64,000 bases of DNA from Isurus oxyrinchus (GCA_026770705.1 JANJGN010000041.1:6510001-6574000), one strand, 5' to 3'. Shown: positions 24,340 to 39,200, counted from the stretch's first letter. The notes: a model not told the origin generated them from the letters alone. Numbers and translations are program-made.

Positions 24340-25310
24340 TATTTCATTATTATTCATTAACGGGGTTTTGGCGTCAATCGCTCGCACAGCAGTTATTGCC
24401 CAGACTCAGGTACCCTTGAAAAGGTGGTGGTGAGCTGCCTTCTTGAATCGCAACAGGTAACCCTACACACATAGAGCTCATAGGGAGGGAGCACCTGAAA
24501 TTTGACCCAACGTCAATGATGGAACAGGGATATATTTTCAAATCAGGCTGGTGAGTAGCTTGGAGTGGAACTTACAGATCGTTGTGGTCCCTTGCAGCAG
24601 CTGCCCACTACCCTTCTAGATGGTTGCGGTCGTGCTTTTGGATTGTAATGCCTAAGATGACTTCGAGAATTCATGCAATTCACCTTGCAGGTAGCACACA
24701 CTGCTGCTATTGTTCGTCGGTAGTGGAGGGAGTCAATGTTTATTGACCTGTTGTCAATCAATGGCTGATTTGCCCCAGATGCTTCGTGACTGCTATTTGA
24801 GCTGCAAGCACCCAGGAAAGTGGAGAGTATACCATCATATTGCTATATTGTGCCTTGTTTATGGTGGAAAGGAATTGGGGAGTCAGGAGGTGTGTTACTC
24901 ACTGCAGGATTCCTTGAATCTGAACTGCAATGTAAGACGTTATGTGTGTATGGCTATTCCAGTTCTGCTTCTGGTCAATGATAACCATTACAATGTTGAT
25001 AGTGCCAATTTCGGCAATAGTATAACCATTGAATGTTAACGGAACATGCTTTGATCTTCTCTTCTGGAGATAGACATTGCCTGGTATTTTTATGTTCTGA
25101 ATGTCCTTTTCCAACTGTCAGCAAGAGCCTGAACATGCTGCATTTGGCCGTTGGCAACCTGAATACCTCAGGAGGCACGGATTGGGTTGAACATTGTGCA
25201 ATCATCAGGGCACATCCCCATTTCTGACCTTCAACTAGAGAGAAAGGCATTGATGAGGGAGCTAGACATCATTTAGCTTTGGATGCTACACTGAGGAACT
25301 CAGGTTCCCT
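24340..25310 (-). mobile_element. LINE family A, 3' portion
   Basis: SEVGMC.DD-like RT motif, VPLTFNG.TI.E...INI, and the family tail. Confidence 0.8.
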
Positions 25311-26869
25311 CATGAGCTACAAGGACTGGGAGCTCAGCAGTCGAGGTGTATACCGAGAAAGTGCAGGTGCCGAAATCCAGAGGAAACATTTAGATAAAGT
25401 GCTTGCTGAGCCGGCGGTGTGGGCAATTAGTAATTCAGGCCATAAGCAGCCAGAGTCAAGACATCAGAAACACTGTAGATGCTCGACAAGACGGGTCATG
25501 TATGCTTTGCTGTGAGAGCAATTAAAGATTGGCAATAATTGTTTCTCTTGCCAACTATGCCCCTCATGCCATCAGCGAATCTGGCTTATTTTTACCGTGA
25601 ATTTATTCAAGGACAGCTGTTGTAGTTTTCAATTTAATGCCACTTTGATTGACTTTAATTCTGGCCCATCATATTAGCGGGTGATTAGAGTCGTTAATTA
25701 GAGATTGTCAAGATAATTTTGGATTAATATCTGAGAAAAGCGAATGACGCAGATAAGAGACTGAAGCTGGAGGAGTGCCTGCCGGCTGCACCTTCTTTCC
25801 AAGAGACAATAAGGAAATGAAAGGACAAATGGCCTGCTTCTGTGCTGCAACCCGACTATGGTTGCATTCAACAAATGGCATTTAAGTTAAGTAAATTATA
25901 CGAATATGCGACGAGAGGAATTACATTACATATTTTCACATTCAATATGTGTAGCTATACAAAGACGGAAGTTGACGGTAGGCCAATGTGTGATCAGAGG
26001 TTAGTTGGCTGGGAACTCAGATAACTAGTTGAAGGGTCACTCGCTTGATGAGTGGATATCAAGTGAAACATTTTAAAACATTGAAGAATTATGATAACAG
26101 CCATTTGGTGGCCGTGTGTGTGAAAGGACCAGATAACATGAAAAACACAGTTTTGTGAATGAGCATGTGGGGAGGAAGTAGCCCCATTAATCGTGAAAAA
26201 AACAAGTATGAGCTATTTGCGTTCAAATGAATCGTAGGGAAATCGGATTTAAGCGTTCTGAATCCAATATTTGGAGTCGTCTCTCAGCCTGATGGATCAT
26301 GGGAATGAGTGATCAATTGCGCCAATGCCCGTTCTTTCACAAAACACATGATGACCAAACCTTCCTTCTTTTAATCATGTGACGTATATGGAACTCTGAG
26401 AAGCAGCATATTGTGCAACTGTCCGGTATCTGGAGGGTGCCACACATCATGCAACTTGTACTGTAAATTTATGACATTTTTGTCTATGTTACATTTGTCG
26501 ATTTATCGTGATCCAGCTGGTGCTGTTTGGAGTGTTCTCTTGTTGATAAGAACAACTGTTCCAATGAACATAAGCCTGTCAAAACCTGGCATCACATTTC
26601 ACCTTTTCAAACTCTGCAACCCAAACAGGGGCTGTTCAGTATTTTTATAAGTATTTATTATTATTGTTATCACCATTTAGAATTCACCATTGATTACAGT
26701 ACAACGAGAAAAGGAGTTCAATTTGACATTATATTATAAATGAACATTTTTAGTAAAGATATTATTTTATCCAGAGTGTTTAAACATTGTTACAGGCATT
26801 TTCGTTACATGAGGGCTTTCAGGGAATAAATCTTATCTCCTCCTGTAAATGTCAATGGGATTTCAGCTG

Positions 26870-29800
26870 TCATTTGCCTGATTTTACGCACAGTTTCACA
26901 AGATACTGCATTCCGCTCTGCAGCTCCCCCCTAAACTTAGCCTGTGTCAGAACATAGATGAATGTATTTGTGCAGCAACTGAGGACCCCAAGCATAGATC
27001 CAACTGACTCTAGCTCATGTGGGACAGATTTTGATATGGTTGTTACACGCAGAGAGATACAATATATAACCGAAGTTGTCCAGAGAAGTATAAAGCTGCT
27101 GGTTATACTGAAGAGTAAAATAATGGACTTTCTTCGGCTTTCTATTTCAGAGTCCTTGTGATGCTCTCCATTGCTGCAACCACGGAGACCCCTGCGAACT
27201 TTACTGGCAAAAAAAACACATCTTCCCGTCAAAACATTTAGCAACAAAATTAGAATAAAGGGAACACATGGGGTCAAGATAATGGTAAACAGGTCAAATG
27301 CAGCCCATTCAGCAGAAAGGAAAAATGTCTGTTTTGGGACACAACCATGATTTACATTGTCTATTATATACGCAGGTTCATGCGCAAAGTACCAGGGAAT
27401 GTTTATCAAACAACTCAAAACACTCACCACTGAAATGACAGCTACTGCGGTAATCTCCGTGCAATATTTTTTTCGAAGTTTCTTACAACATATGACCACA
27501 AAACGATCGAAGGTGAACAACACTGTTAACCAGACAGAGGCGGATGTGACGACATAAGTGAATGTCACAGTTAGTTGGCACACTGTGCTCATGGTCAAGA
27601 ATGAAGCAGGGAAATAATTATTCAGCATATTGTTAAAAATGACTTCAGCACAAACAACCAGGAGATCCGCCATGGCCATGGCGATCATATAGAGGGTAAT
27701 ACATTTTGAGAGGCCACACTTTCCTCGGAAAAGAATCACAATAGCAGCAACATTAACTGTAAGAGAGGGATAGAGAGAGCAAGTGGTAGAAGGCACAAAT
27801 GAACATGATTAATTTTCTTCCTGTTGCAGCAAAGGTTCATCCATTTGACCCAAATATGCACAGTCTGCATTCCGAGGTGAGCAGGTTCTAAATGTAAACT
27901 GGAACTACTGAAATTGGAACCATCAGTTGATAATTCGCTTTTTGGAAGCAACAGCTTCAACTTAGACTGGACAATTATTGTTCAATAACGATTGATAATG
28001 CTGAGGGCGAATGTGTCCTGGACAATTTGAAAGCACACAAACGTCTGGGCATGGTGAATATTAAAAGGTAAATGAGAGGTGAAAAGTATCAATTCATGTG
28101 TGTTTGTGCAATGTGAAGTTGGAAATGAATGCAGAAAAAAATATCTGGGCCAATTCGAGACCTACTCTGGAAGAGGTAGTGGTGCAATGTGTGCTGGGTC
28201 ATCTCCAGATGTGATAAGTACTGGGAAGGATCACTGTGCTACAGGACTTACAGCTTGAAGGTAAACTATTGCCCAGGGGCACCAACTTACTCTGAACGCT
28301 TCTGGGGGTAAAGATGGGATGGTAAATACACAGGAACAGAAAATGGTCACTGAGCTATTTGAAAGACCAGAATCAATCAGGCCGAATGCCAGTTTACACC
28401 GGAGTTATCACAGTGGCAGTACAATGACAATCAGTACAAGGTAAAAATCTTATGCAGGTCCCCAGGGAGAAGTTTTATTTGGGGATGAGAGCTAATCAGT
28501 CATGTGTTTTAAGTCAGCCTGAGTAATGTGAGATTGTTATGCTGGCTGAGCGTTGTGCAGGATTATTTCAACTGAATGCATCGCTAAAACATTGCAGAAA
28601 GACGGAAGCAACATTGCTCTGCAGAATGGGTGCACTTGGTGCTGATCAAACGGCCAGTTAATGGCTGACTCGGACCAGTGACACGGCTGTCAGTTTGAAT
28701 GGGCAATATTTATTCGCCATAGGGGCACATTTCTTTCAAAACATAGTCAATGAGCAATTTGATGATGTGATTCTTTTGAGGTCATAACTAGCGTTTTGCT
28801 TCCGAGTGACAGGACAGAGTTCCCATTAATTAATGAGCTTCAAAACAATCACTTTGTTGCCTAAAGGGCAGAATGGTGTCGCTTGCATCTTAAGTACAGC
28901 ATCCGTGCAAAGTGAATTGAAATGTGAAGCTGACAATTAACTTTTGCATGGCACCAATTGCAGAAGAGCGCAGTAAAAATTCACCATAATGGGCACATCA
29001 ATTTGAGTCTATAGACTAATATTTGTTCAGAAAAGTCAAATTACGAATTGTCGATTACCTGAATAAAGACCTAGCACCTAACACACCCATGTTTAAATTA
29101 TTATCCTCTACTGCTTATTTCATTTCATATTGGCCAGCCTCATACAACCCAGGAACCTTAGCTTTTTTTGTTAAAAAGCATATTTCTTTTTTTCAAAATG
29201 CAGGAACACCTTTAGAGAATTAGCGAAGTTATTCAATGTTGCCTTATTTTACAAAGATTAACCTCAGATATTTATACTGATTACTGAAGGAATTATATGA
29301 TCTATATAAATCAAGCTAAATTTGTGTGAGCCTCAGATATTCACGGTTGCATTATGATTTCTGTTGTTTACTTAGTAAATGTCCATTTTAATTTTGTAGA
29401 ATATATTTTCTAAGTGAATCTCAGTGAAATAATTTGTAGCTGCCAGATATGTAATAATTTGACGCGCACGTTTATTAGATTAGTTTCGGCATTTCAAAGC
29501 AAGTTAAATATCTACAGACTGAATTATTATCGAAAGTACGCAATCGGCTCGCTACTGATATTTTGTTTGCCGTTCTGGTGGTGATGCTATCGGACAGGAT
29601 GTCTTGGCTCTGCAAAGGAGCAGAATAGCTTTCCAACTGAAATCTGCAGTCAGATTGGGGAGGCACAGATTAGTAAATGGATAGTGAACATTCTCACAAT
29701 AATGGGATGAGTGGATAGAAAGTTATTTCAAGTACGAACTGGTTTCATGCCTGTGCAACATGATGCAGACTGAACGTAGATTTTCCGCAAACTTGAACTC

Positions 29801-32800
29801 AGGGAAACAATAATGCATTGAACGTCTATAAACGGGGTGGTGAAGTAACAATTTGGATCATATTATTTCAGTAAGTTGTTGGTTAATGATTCAGATGAAC
29901 TTTGAATGAAGTAAGGCGAATTAGTCGGATAAAGCTTTTTATATTTTTGAATCAGATTCCAAGTTGGCAAGCTTTGAGCATACAAACGAAAAATGAAGAA
30001 AATCTATTCGTGTTACATACACAGTCCAGTTGGCAGCCTCCGATTCACAATTCCCTAACTGGAATGCAAGCATCAAACATTGATTGACTTAATGGAGCTG
30101 TCAAAGATAATCACAAACAGCCTTGAAAACGCCAGGCAATGGATAAAAATTAAAGTTTGAACTTCTCTTGACCATGTAGGATGCAGTGGTAAAGTTGGAA
30201 AGATTAGAATTCAAAGCTTTTTTGACACAATTGCAGCTTAAAATAAATGTCGAAAATGAAAATTGACCTTCATTTACCCGATACCTATTATTATTTGAGC
30301 AAACCTAATACTTATGTTCCTTCAATGACATGCATTTAAAATGAGAGACATAATTTTCCGTGCACTATTATGAATTATACAAAGACTGTAGATAAATTAT
30401 CAGCACTTGAAACAGTACTGATGACCACTGTAAATAAGGAAACAGCTTTAAAAATATAGTAATTTAAATGATTATATAATGAATCAGCCAATGCTTGAAC
30501 AAAATAATTATCAATACTATTATCCAATAAATTATCAGTATATTTCCAGAAATTGTCTCGGAGAGTAAACGTTGAAATGCCAGAGGAATGAACTACCAAT
30601 TATCTACCTAATTAAATAGTGACATATCCAAACCATTATCCACTATTTCGCTAGCAAATTAAGTATACAGGCAACAAATATATTATCAACATTATTCACT
30701 GCTAACTAAACTAAAGAAATGAACATTTATATATGCTACAGAATTACCCTTTGCTCTCTGCAACTGCAAGCTGCTTCTGGCCTGTTATTAATTGCTGTTT
30801 GGGAAGAGTAACATGGAGCAGGTTTGGCTTATGTGCCTATTGGTGTCCTTTCTGCAACCACCCGAGTCTGAAGAACTGCAGAGCGAAGGAGGTTCCTCCA
30901 GCGTCCCAAATCCATATCACTTTAACAGCAATGTTATATTCGCAATGTATGTACACAATAACAATTTTCTATGCCATATTTTGCATGCAAAACAGATCCT
31001 TAATGGGTAATTCATTTGTGAATGTTGTTGCGAACGCACAACCGAGTGTGATCCACTGGGTTGTGATTGTAGTTATGACCCATTGCTGCAGGCTCCATAG
31101 CAGCAGTTACACAGGAGAAGTGACACAAATCCTCCGGTGCAGGTACAAAACGCTAATCGTGATTTAAAATCATAAAGAAACATTACAATAAGTGGAGAGC
31201 GGCTTGGATTTTACGTTTTTCGGCAGCGTGAGATTAGTGAAATGCAAAACCAACCCTTTTCCTACTCACCCGCTCTTAGACCACTTCCCGCTCCACAATT
31301 CGTTAAATTCCTACGGCGAGCACGCATTGAGTGATGCAAAATGGGGTCCGCATCCAATCGGCAGTGAAAGCCTGAACATTGTTATTCAGAGTGTAATGCG
31401 GTGAACAGAAAGTTGGTATGGCTGCAAGCTCAAGTCCACCTGCTCTTAGAAACTGTTTTTCCAAAAATGTTTTTCGTTGAAAGCTCAAGCAAGAAACAAA
31501 AAAAGTGATATGTTAACCTGAAGGCGCTACCACCTTCCCTAGCAGAATCTGTTGCTACATTTAATCATGGTCCCGGAGGCAGAACATCTCTTCCGCACGA
31601 TTCTCGCCTGGTGGTAGCTGTCCAGGATCATTCCCTCTCCTCTGTGCCACCACAAGTGCAAATCTCGAATCAAGAAAACGTACAATTGAGTCGTTCACAA
31701 ACTCAATAAGTTGCTAATTAGTAACTTGTAAAAGGAGGGCCCGCCCGTTCTCCAACTGCAACTGGGAGATTCATGTACCTGACGGCATGAGACCCGATTC
31801 ACGTCATTGATCTTCGTGCAGATTCGGCATTTCTGTGGGAGGTGGGGGGTGGGGAATCGGCCTTCTGAGAGATGAGTGAAGGGTGGGGGGGGGGGGGGGG
31901 GGGGCGGCGGTGGGGGGGAACGTGATTTGCAGACAAATTTCCAGCCAATCATTTTGGTAAAATTTTTAGCTACTCAGAATTGAATTCAAAATGTACGTTT
32001 TCAGTTAGGGGCCAGTGTTCTCCGAAATGATTTACATTTAAACATGCATTTTGGATTTAATCTTTGTTGAGTTGGAAAAAAAACAGCCAGGGCCGTCACT
32101 TCAATGCAAAAAGGCCATCAATATTCATAGATTCGTCATTGTGCAGCATTTTCATTTTTTTGGATATTTTGACAAGATTAGCACCTTCACTAATTCTTCT
32201 TGAAAGTAAGGGTTTTCTGGTGCTGCTGTCCATGTGAATGGGGTGCAGAGAGAATGCTGCGAGCAATGGATTTCCAGGTTGTCGATCCAGTGACAGTCAT
32301 GGAACGGTGATCGAAATCCAAGTCATTTTGGTATGTGATTTGGAAAGGGTTTTGTAATTAAGAGTGTTCCCATGCCTCGTCTGCTCTTGTCCTTCCTGGC
32401 TCCCGAGGTTAAGTTCAGAAACGACGGAACATTGCAGGCATCTGGCATATGTCCACAGCAGCAACGATCATACCTAACAACTCGGATTAACTTGGTGAAA
32501 TGCACGACAGGGCTACTTGAAAGCAAAACAGCATGAGAGAGACAGGGCTCATTCATCCCCCTTTCGAATTTCGATAGCTGAGCTCTGAATTCCTGTCACA
32601 TTGCCTTGAATGTTGCTGAAATATTCTGCAACTCACTGCAGAATTGCTCCCACCAATATCCCCATTGGCAATGATTGTGGAGCGCAGCACACCTTTGCAT
32701 ATACATGGCTGAAGAATTTGCAGCCATATTCACCCTGAAGTGACGGGTGGATGAACCATCCCGGCCTGCTCCTACGGATGACAAGTATCACAGATGCCAG

Positions 32801-35800
32801 ACTTCATACAATGTGATTCTCGGCACTCGAAGTTAAGGACTGACTAAAGGAACTGGATGATGCAGATAATATGCGTCCTTTTAGATAGTGTCAGTATTAC
32901 TGGTATTCAGTGCTCCAAACTAAGCCTTCCTATCCTAGCTGGTATCGTGCTTTTAAAGAGCTGGCATATACACAAAACTGTGAACATTTTCACAGGCACG
33001 CCTATCCACAAAAAATAAGGACAAATCCAAACAATATCATTACAGCCCCACCTGCCAACACATCATCATGATCAACTGAAGAAAAGTATCATGGAAAATT
33101 CTTTTAATCGCCACGTACTCGGCAGTAAACTGCTCACTGATGCTCACTTTTTGCTTTGTGTGAGCTCCAGCTCGCAGTTCGGCCGTGGTCCAAACATGGC
33201 CAAATGTTTTGCACTGATAAGGTGAGGAGAGAGGGGCTGTGTTTTATATCAATACAGCTGTTTTCACACTGTGGTATCAACGAGGGCTATGATAACTGTA
33301 GTCAATAAGAATAGGGAGCACCTTCCCCACTGCTTGAAGTCAAACCAAGCATAAACGATTTATTTTTTTTAATTTATAGCCAGACTTGTGCTGAATAATG
33401 ACAAGTAATATTCGCCCCACAATATTGACAGGTAATGACCACCTGCACCAAATTAATATCCAACATAACACGCTTGAGCTTTAATGACATTACCATCGCT
33501 TAAGCCCACATTTTCAGAATCATTGGACAAGCCATTGACAAGAAACTGTGAGTAGAAGGACAGGTCAAAATCTGAGAATGCTGTGGTGAGCAATGCACCC
33601 ACTGACTCTCCAAAACCTTTCCTCCATCTAAAATGCATAAATCAGGGATGTGATTGGTTCCGCTACACCTGCCTGGATGATTTACGCTCCAATTGAATTC
33701 AAAGGTATTAACTGAATCCAGGACAAAACAGGCTGCTTGATTTGGAATCATTCCATAAATTTAATGATTCATACTGCTTATCCTTATCTGAATAAGTCCT
33801 CTTACTGCGTTTAAAGTTCATATGAATCTGCAGCAAACATCTGATTGAAATTATATTATCCAAAATGGGGAGTATCCACCCAATTTGTCGGTATCACTCA
33901 AATGTATTACTGCTTTCCTAAATATCATTTTGCAAAACTTTCAGTGTGCACCATTTATCATATCCTTGAGTACACGTGGTTCTTAAGTGAAATCTCATGA
34001 TATCACGTATTACATTGGCAAAGAATGTCTCCTCCTGCTGACCACCTCCCGTTTCCCTCAGCGGATGAAACAATGATCATCAATGGCCGACGTTTTGGGG
34101 AGTGAGAAGAAAAAAAAAACGCTTTACATCGGGGACCTCGATGTCTGTGAGCAAGAGAGGATCAGGGGCACCACTAATGACCGAGCTGGCCGACTCATAA
34201 AGATAACTGCTAGACTGGGTCTTTGGCAGGTGGTCAGGGAACAAACCAGTTGCAAAACTCTAAGTGAATTCGCTGAACCAAACTACCCAACACAGGGGCA
34301 TCTGTCCATTGAAGGATTGATAGTATTGACCACCGCACGGTCCTTGTGCAGACGAATTCTGTCTTCAGACTGGTGCTTCCCTCCATTGTATTGTGTGAGA
34401 CAAGCATTGTGCTAAATGGGGTAGATTTCACGTTGATCAAGAACTAAAAATTGCGCATTCACGAGGCACTGTCGACCATTGGAACGAGCTGATTTGTGCA
34501 CAACCATAATTTGTAACCCCAAGTCTAGCGTGTCCCCAAATCTGTAGTTTTCATGTGGTCTGGTATTGGTGATGTTTCTGATGCCAGTTAAGCACTCTAC
34601 CTTGCTCCTTTGGTGTAGATTTCATTACGTTTTGTTGTAGCTCTGCGACAAGGAATGTTCAACAGATCACTTATTGGATTACTGTTAATTAACTGGGATT
34701 GTCCTAATAGAGACATTGACGAGGCTCCCCCTCTGCTTTCTGGAGCATTGGCAAATGAGAAGTGATCTCACGGAAGCAGTCACCCCTCTTATAAGTTTCG
34801 GTGGTGTACATCTTGGATGGATGATTCCACTGGCTGGTGTGTCTAAAACCAGGAAAAGCAACAAGGTCTGCATTTAGAACTGAGATGAGGAAGAATTGCA
34901 TCACTCAAGAAGAGGTAAATGTTCGAAATTATGTACCACAACCTCGGCAGATGGGCAGTCATTGAGTATGTTGAAGCTGCCGATGAACCTAATGTGCAAT
35001 AATAAATGCATCCAAAGATAGGGGATAGTGCATGGAATGTCGTGGAGAAATACTTTCAGTCATGATAGACTTGAATAGTGGAGCACCATCGTGCAGTCAA
35101 ATGGTCAACTTCTACTCGTATTTCCTGTGCTGCTATATCCTTCTATCAGCGCCACCATGTAACATGACAATGTTTGTTTCCCAAAGCCAAAGGCAAGTGC
35201 GACAATGCCTATTATCAATCTATTGCAATTCTCAATTTAGGTTAGTTAGATTTGGAAGCAGGTTTGCAACAGCAAGAAGTAAAGGGCTAGACATTTAAAT
35301 GAGCAGAATAATGAGAACCAGATAACTACTCGGGGAGCATAGGTGTTCCACAATCGGACCATTTATGTCTCAGTTAGCAATCTTTGTGCTAAGATAGATG
35401 TTTCATTACTTACGTCCTGGCGTCAGTACTGGTGAACAAAATTGTCAGCCAATGCGCCATTGCCATAGTGAAGTAGTTCTGCACTATAGGATGCAGTAAC
35501 TTTCAAAACAGATGTCAGTTCGTTCTACAGGGAAAACATCAAAGATTCCTTGTCTCTATTTCAAACATCGACATTGTCGTAGCCCCTTAGGTCCTGACTA
35601 CCATTTAAACTTCTGCTAAATCCCACAAAACGGATCATCTGGTCATTGTCAACTTGCTGCTTGTCGAATCTTCCCGACCGTTTGCATCACTTCAGTGACT
35701 ACACTTCATAAGAATCTATTAAGCTGGTCGATAATTGAGGTTGTAGAAATGCATGTATTTCAATAGACAAGTGACTAAGACATCGGAATATCTTCTGCAC

Positions 35801-36366
35801 ACACAGCAATCTGTTTCAGCCAGACTACGAGATATCCTCTCTGCATACAGATTTGTAAAAATATCGCTATCGTAATAAGTATCTGATCTGACAGGGATCC
35901 CGGTATTGAAGTATTGGAAACTGGACGATAACCATTAGCGACGGCTGCAAGTATTTCAAGCATAATTTTGTAGAATGCGAATTAGCCTCTGCACAGATAT
36001 TCACAGATTGTGTTTTCTCCAAGTTGAAACTCGGTTTGCACCTGATTATGATAATTATTGCAGAGCCTGCACGGTTACATGACATTCCGTAAAGCAACAA
36101 TAAGGTGTCAGCAGTGGAGACCATGGAATGAATGATATAGCAACAGGTAGAAATCTATTAACGTTATGGTTAAACGTACATCCCTTCTATGATGATTTCC
36201 CAAAATTAAAGAAATGATTTCATGTTATCGGAACGGGCGTTTGAGAAGAAGATCAACATCCATTTATATGTGCAATGATTGTATTTAGGCTCTTACCAGG
36301 AACACCAATAGCCGCAAGAATAGGATAGAAAATGGCTTCTATCTGGCGAAGTATCTTTAATCCCAT
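26870..36366 (-). CDS. Apparently intact GPR139/GPR142-like class A GPCR, join(36366..36297, 27756..26870), 318 aa
   Basis: Exon 1 (70 nt) is MGLKILRQIEAIFYPILAAIGVP-G|GTAAG. Acceptor is ctctcttacAG|TT, giving V-N-V-A-A. Exon 2 is open for 887 nt and has MAMADLL, a TM3 Cys, FDRF, an ECL2 Cys, TPCVPF, ESRRKSIILLF and SCCTNTFIY. The exon pairing across the 8.5-kb intron is inferred from phase and homology. A candidate AATAAA lies at 26659-26654. Confidence 0.9.
30748..31152 (-). pseudogene. Decayed B7/PD-L1-like IgV exon inside the GPCR intron
   Basis: Pieces across frames: ITLGCAF, ELPIKDL, KIVIVYIHCEY, SAVLQTRVV and KDTNRHISQTCSM...ARSSLQLQRAK-G|GTAATT (phase-1 donor). Confidence 0.45.
32600..33750 (+). 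mobile_element. LINE family A ORF2 fragments
   Basis: Homologous to the reverse complement of 20390-21850 and to 43000-44290. Confidence 0.65.
34080..34545 (+). mobile_element. LINE family A endonuclease fragment
   Basis: LYIGDLDV...GTTNDRAGR...ARLGLWQVVREQT (APE GDFN region). Confidence 0.75.
34820..35140 (+). mobile_element. CR1 3' fragment
   Basis: tttagaactgagatgaggaagaatt...cactca motif and a CR1-like tail. Confidence 0.65.
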
Positions 36367-38399
36367 CTTTATTAGGAGGCGTCTTTCCTGCAGAGATTGA
36401 TGCACAAGGTGAAATGAACGTTTGACCTGAAACGTAGAGATCATCTTTTTCTTTAAATTCAGCTCAGGAAATTAAAAGAAACACGTTTAAATCACAGGAG
36501 ATTTGGAAGTAGATGCCACGTTAATTAATCTAGAGCATCAGGGTAAAACTAGAGTGACAGGATTCCCATCATGGAACAGAGAAAAGCTGTTACCTTTACC
36601 TAACATGAAGCCCTTTATTTAACTAATCAAACCCATGACCACTACAATCTCGAAAGACAAAGGCAACATGAACATGGGAACGCCACTCGCTGAACGTTGC
36701 TCTCCAAGACACTCATCGTCTGATCTGGACAAATATCGCCGTTCCTTCATAGTCTCTCTGTCAAATTAATGGATCCCCCCTGACGATACCGTGGATGTAA
36801 CTACACAACAAAGACCGCAGCAGGTTAGCACACACTTCACAAGTGGAATTAGAGATGGGCAATAAAGGCTGGCCTTGTCAGCGTTGCCTTCATCCACGAA
36901 TGAAAAGAAGGAGAAAAATTTATATTGTTAGTCCGAGGTCATGTTAATAAACGTACATTGGAAAACGAGAGCTTTGAGAATGGATTTGTAAATGGCTCGT
37001 ATCTGATGAAGTACAACAAATGATATCCACTGCGAGAGGAGCTAACTCCTGTTGAAAGCGATACACGGAGCCTGTTGGAAAACATGAAATATGGCAGTCA
37101 GAGAAGTTGTTATATAGGCAGCAGATAAATCCCCATAAGGGCATGTCCCCTAAAGAAAACAATTAGTTTCAGTCAATGAACAAACAGGTTACGTTAGTCA
37201 CTCTCCTTTTGAAAGGAACTGTTTCAAAATGAAACGTCGAACAATCGAATGATGTGCGAGGTCAATAACATTGAAGGGGCTATTTTAGCGAGCAACTGGT
37301 CGAACCCATCGTGGATAGTTCTGTCGGGAAATGATTGACACACACAGCGATATCAAGAATCAAATTGATACTAATTTAGATCAAAGTGATTCGAGGGAAC
37401 TCAATCGACCTGAACTGCCCTGAGAGGTGATGGGGGAAATTTCAGATGTTCACCACTGCCATGTGTTTCGGGTCACATTCTTTGTTCCAACAGGGCATAT
37501 GTGTGATGTATTTCTTCGAAATTTAAGCTTCCAGAAGGAACTCATACGGTCCCCAGATCTTTCCGTGGATTCTTCTGGCACTGACACTTCCGTCAGTGAC
37601 TTGACCTACATTCTCTGCGTCGCCCATAAATTTGCACCATTCTGGCTGGAAATTATAAATGCAACCGTTGGACCTGGGAGGTTGGCGTTGTTGGTGCCTT
37701 GATGTGCAATAGTGCAGAGTGATGCTTGAACTGAATGAAAAAAAAAATGTTTTTGAAAAATTAATGGTATATATAGAGTACATCGCTGGGAAGACAATCC
37801 AATCTGAACTTAAAACTCTTGGCCCTCAAATCTATTCTGGTCAGAATCATTAGCAGATGTATTCACTGATTATAATCAACCCAAATCGACGGGGCCTGCA
37901 GCTTTGGTGTGGGCTGCATTTCAAACAAACACCAAAACCAGAATAGTTAAGGTCAGTAGGTTATTTCGCCACTTGAGCCTGTTCTGCAACTCGGAAAATT
38001 CATGTTTTATCTGATCCTGGTCTCATCTACACTCTCCTGCCTGCTCTCCCCGAACCAACATCTTCCGCCAGACCCTTCCGCCACCTCCCTCACAGCACAC
38101 TCATACAGGCTCATGAACCTAGTCTCCCTTATTAGTCAATAAACAATCCAGCTCATGGATATGCGACAGCCCAAAACAGATGTTCAGTGCCATTCAATCT
38201 ATGACAATGACGTCATAATTAGAGGGATGCAAAGTGGTTCGGCAATATGAATCCATTTCCTGCCACTTGTGTCACCAATTAAGGCTTGTTAATGTGTCCA
38301 GTTCTGTTTGTCACATATTTGCCGGTATTTGTCCAAGCATGCACTCCAAGAGCTTGACACATTCATTTCAGCACCACCGGCAGCCTTTTCAAAGATGCA

Positions 38400-39200
38400 A
38401 GAATAAAACCTTTCATAGAGGATGCTGGGAAGCTACAGAGAGAAGTCATATTCTCGGACCAATGTGCTCTCATACGTTAGTATCCGGAGGCATTCAGCTG
38501 CGTCCTGAGCATTATTTTGCAAACTCAGAATGCTTTTCATTGGCAATATAACTGAGGATAGAGATGCTGTATCAAACAGTTGCTGATCACGTGCTCCAAG
38601 ATACCACAGCTGCTTTGAATAACGCACCACTCTCTTCAGTACGGAAGTTTTGTTATCTTGGCAGCATGCATTCCTGGGGCACTAACTGGATGGGCAAATT
38701 ACCCACCGCCTGACAAAAACAAGCTCGGCACGTGGCAGGATTGTCTCACTGACTTCTGCAAAAAGAACATGGATTTGCCCTCAGATAGAAGATCAAGATC
38801 TGCCAGGCAGTGTTTCTTATATCACTTCCATATCAGTGCGAATCTTGTATAACCTATCGGCCTGGTAGATACCTAACGAAAACTTTCCAACTTAACTGTC
38901 TGTGAACTATTTACAACGGTTGTTAGCAGGAGAAAATCCGCAAAGCCAATGATCTTGCAAAGTGCAGCATGCCTGACATCGAGAAAATGTTCATTAGAGC
39001 CCCGCTGGCTGGGTCAGTCAGGCCCGTTCATCCAGAAAATTCCTGCGTACAAACAAGCCACACTCAGTGAGCACGGGAAGCTCCACTACAGGATACCTGA
39101 AATCTCAAAGCCAAACTCAGATGTTACAAGCTCGATCCCAATACATGGGATCCTGACACTACCTTACTAAAAGCAACGCGGTGTGCCTGCGCCACATGAA
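38400..39200 (+). mobile_element. Very decayed RTE-like LINE fragment
   Basis: F.YLGS-like (ttttgttatcttggcagc) and RWLG motifs in the expected order. Confidence 0.4.

Noticed and set aside
27757-27796. Single-exon start MPSTTCSLYPSLT for the 308-aa ORF
   Set aside because: This is the polypyrimidine tract and acceptor. It lacks the first half of TM1, which is encoded at 36366-36297.
35775-36170. MVSTADTLLL and ILITIAIFL fragments as another GPCR exon 2
   Set aside because: No DRF or other family motifs in order; too weak.
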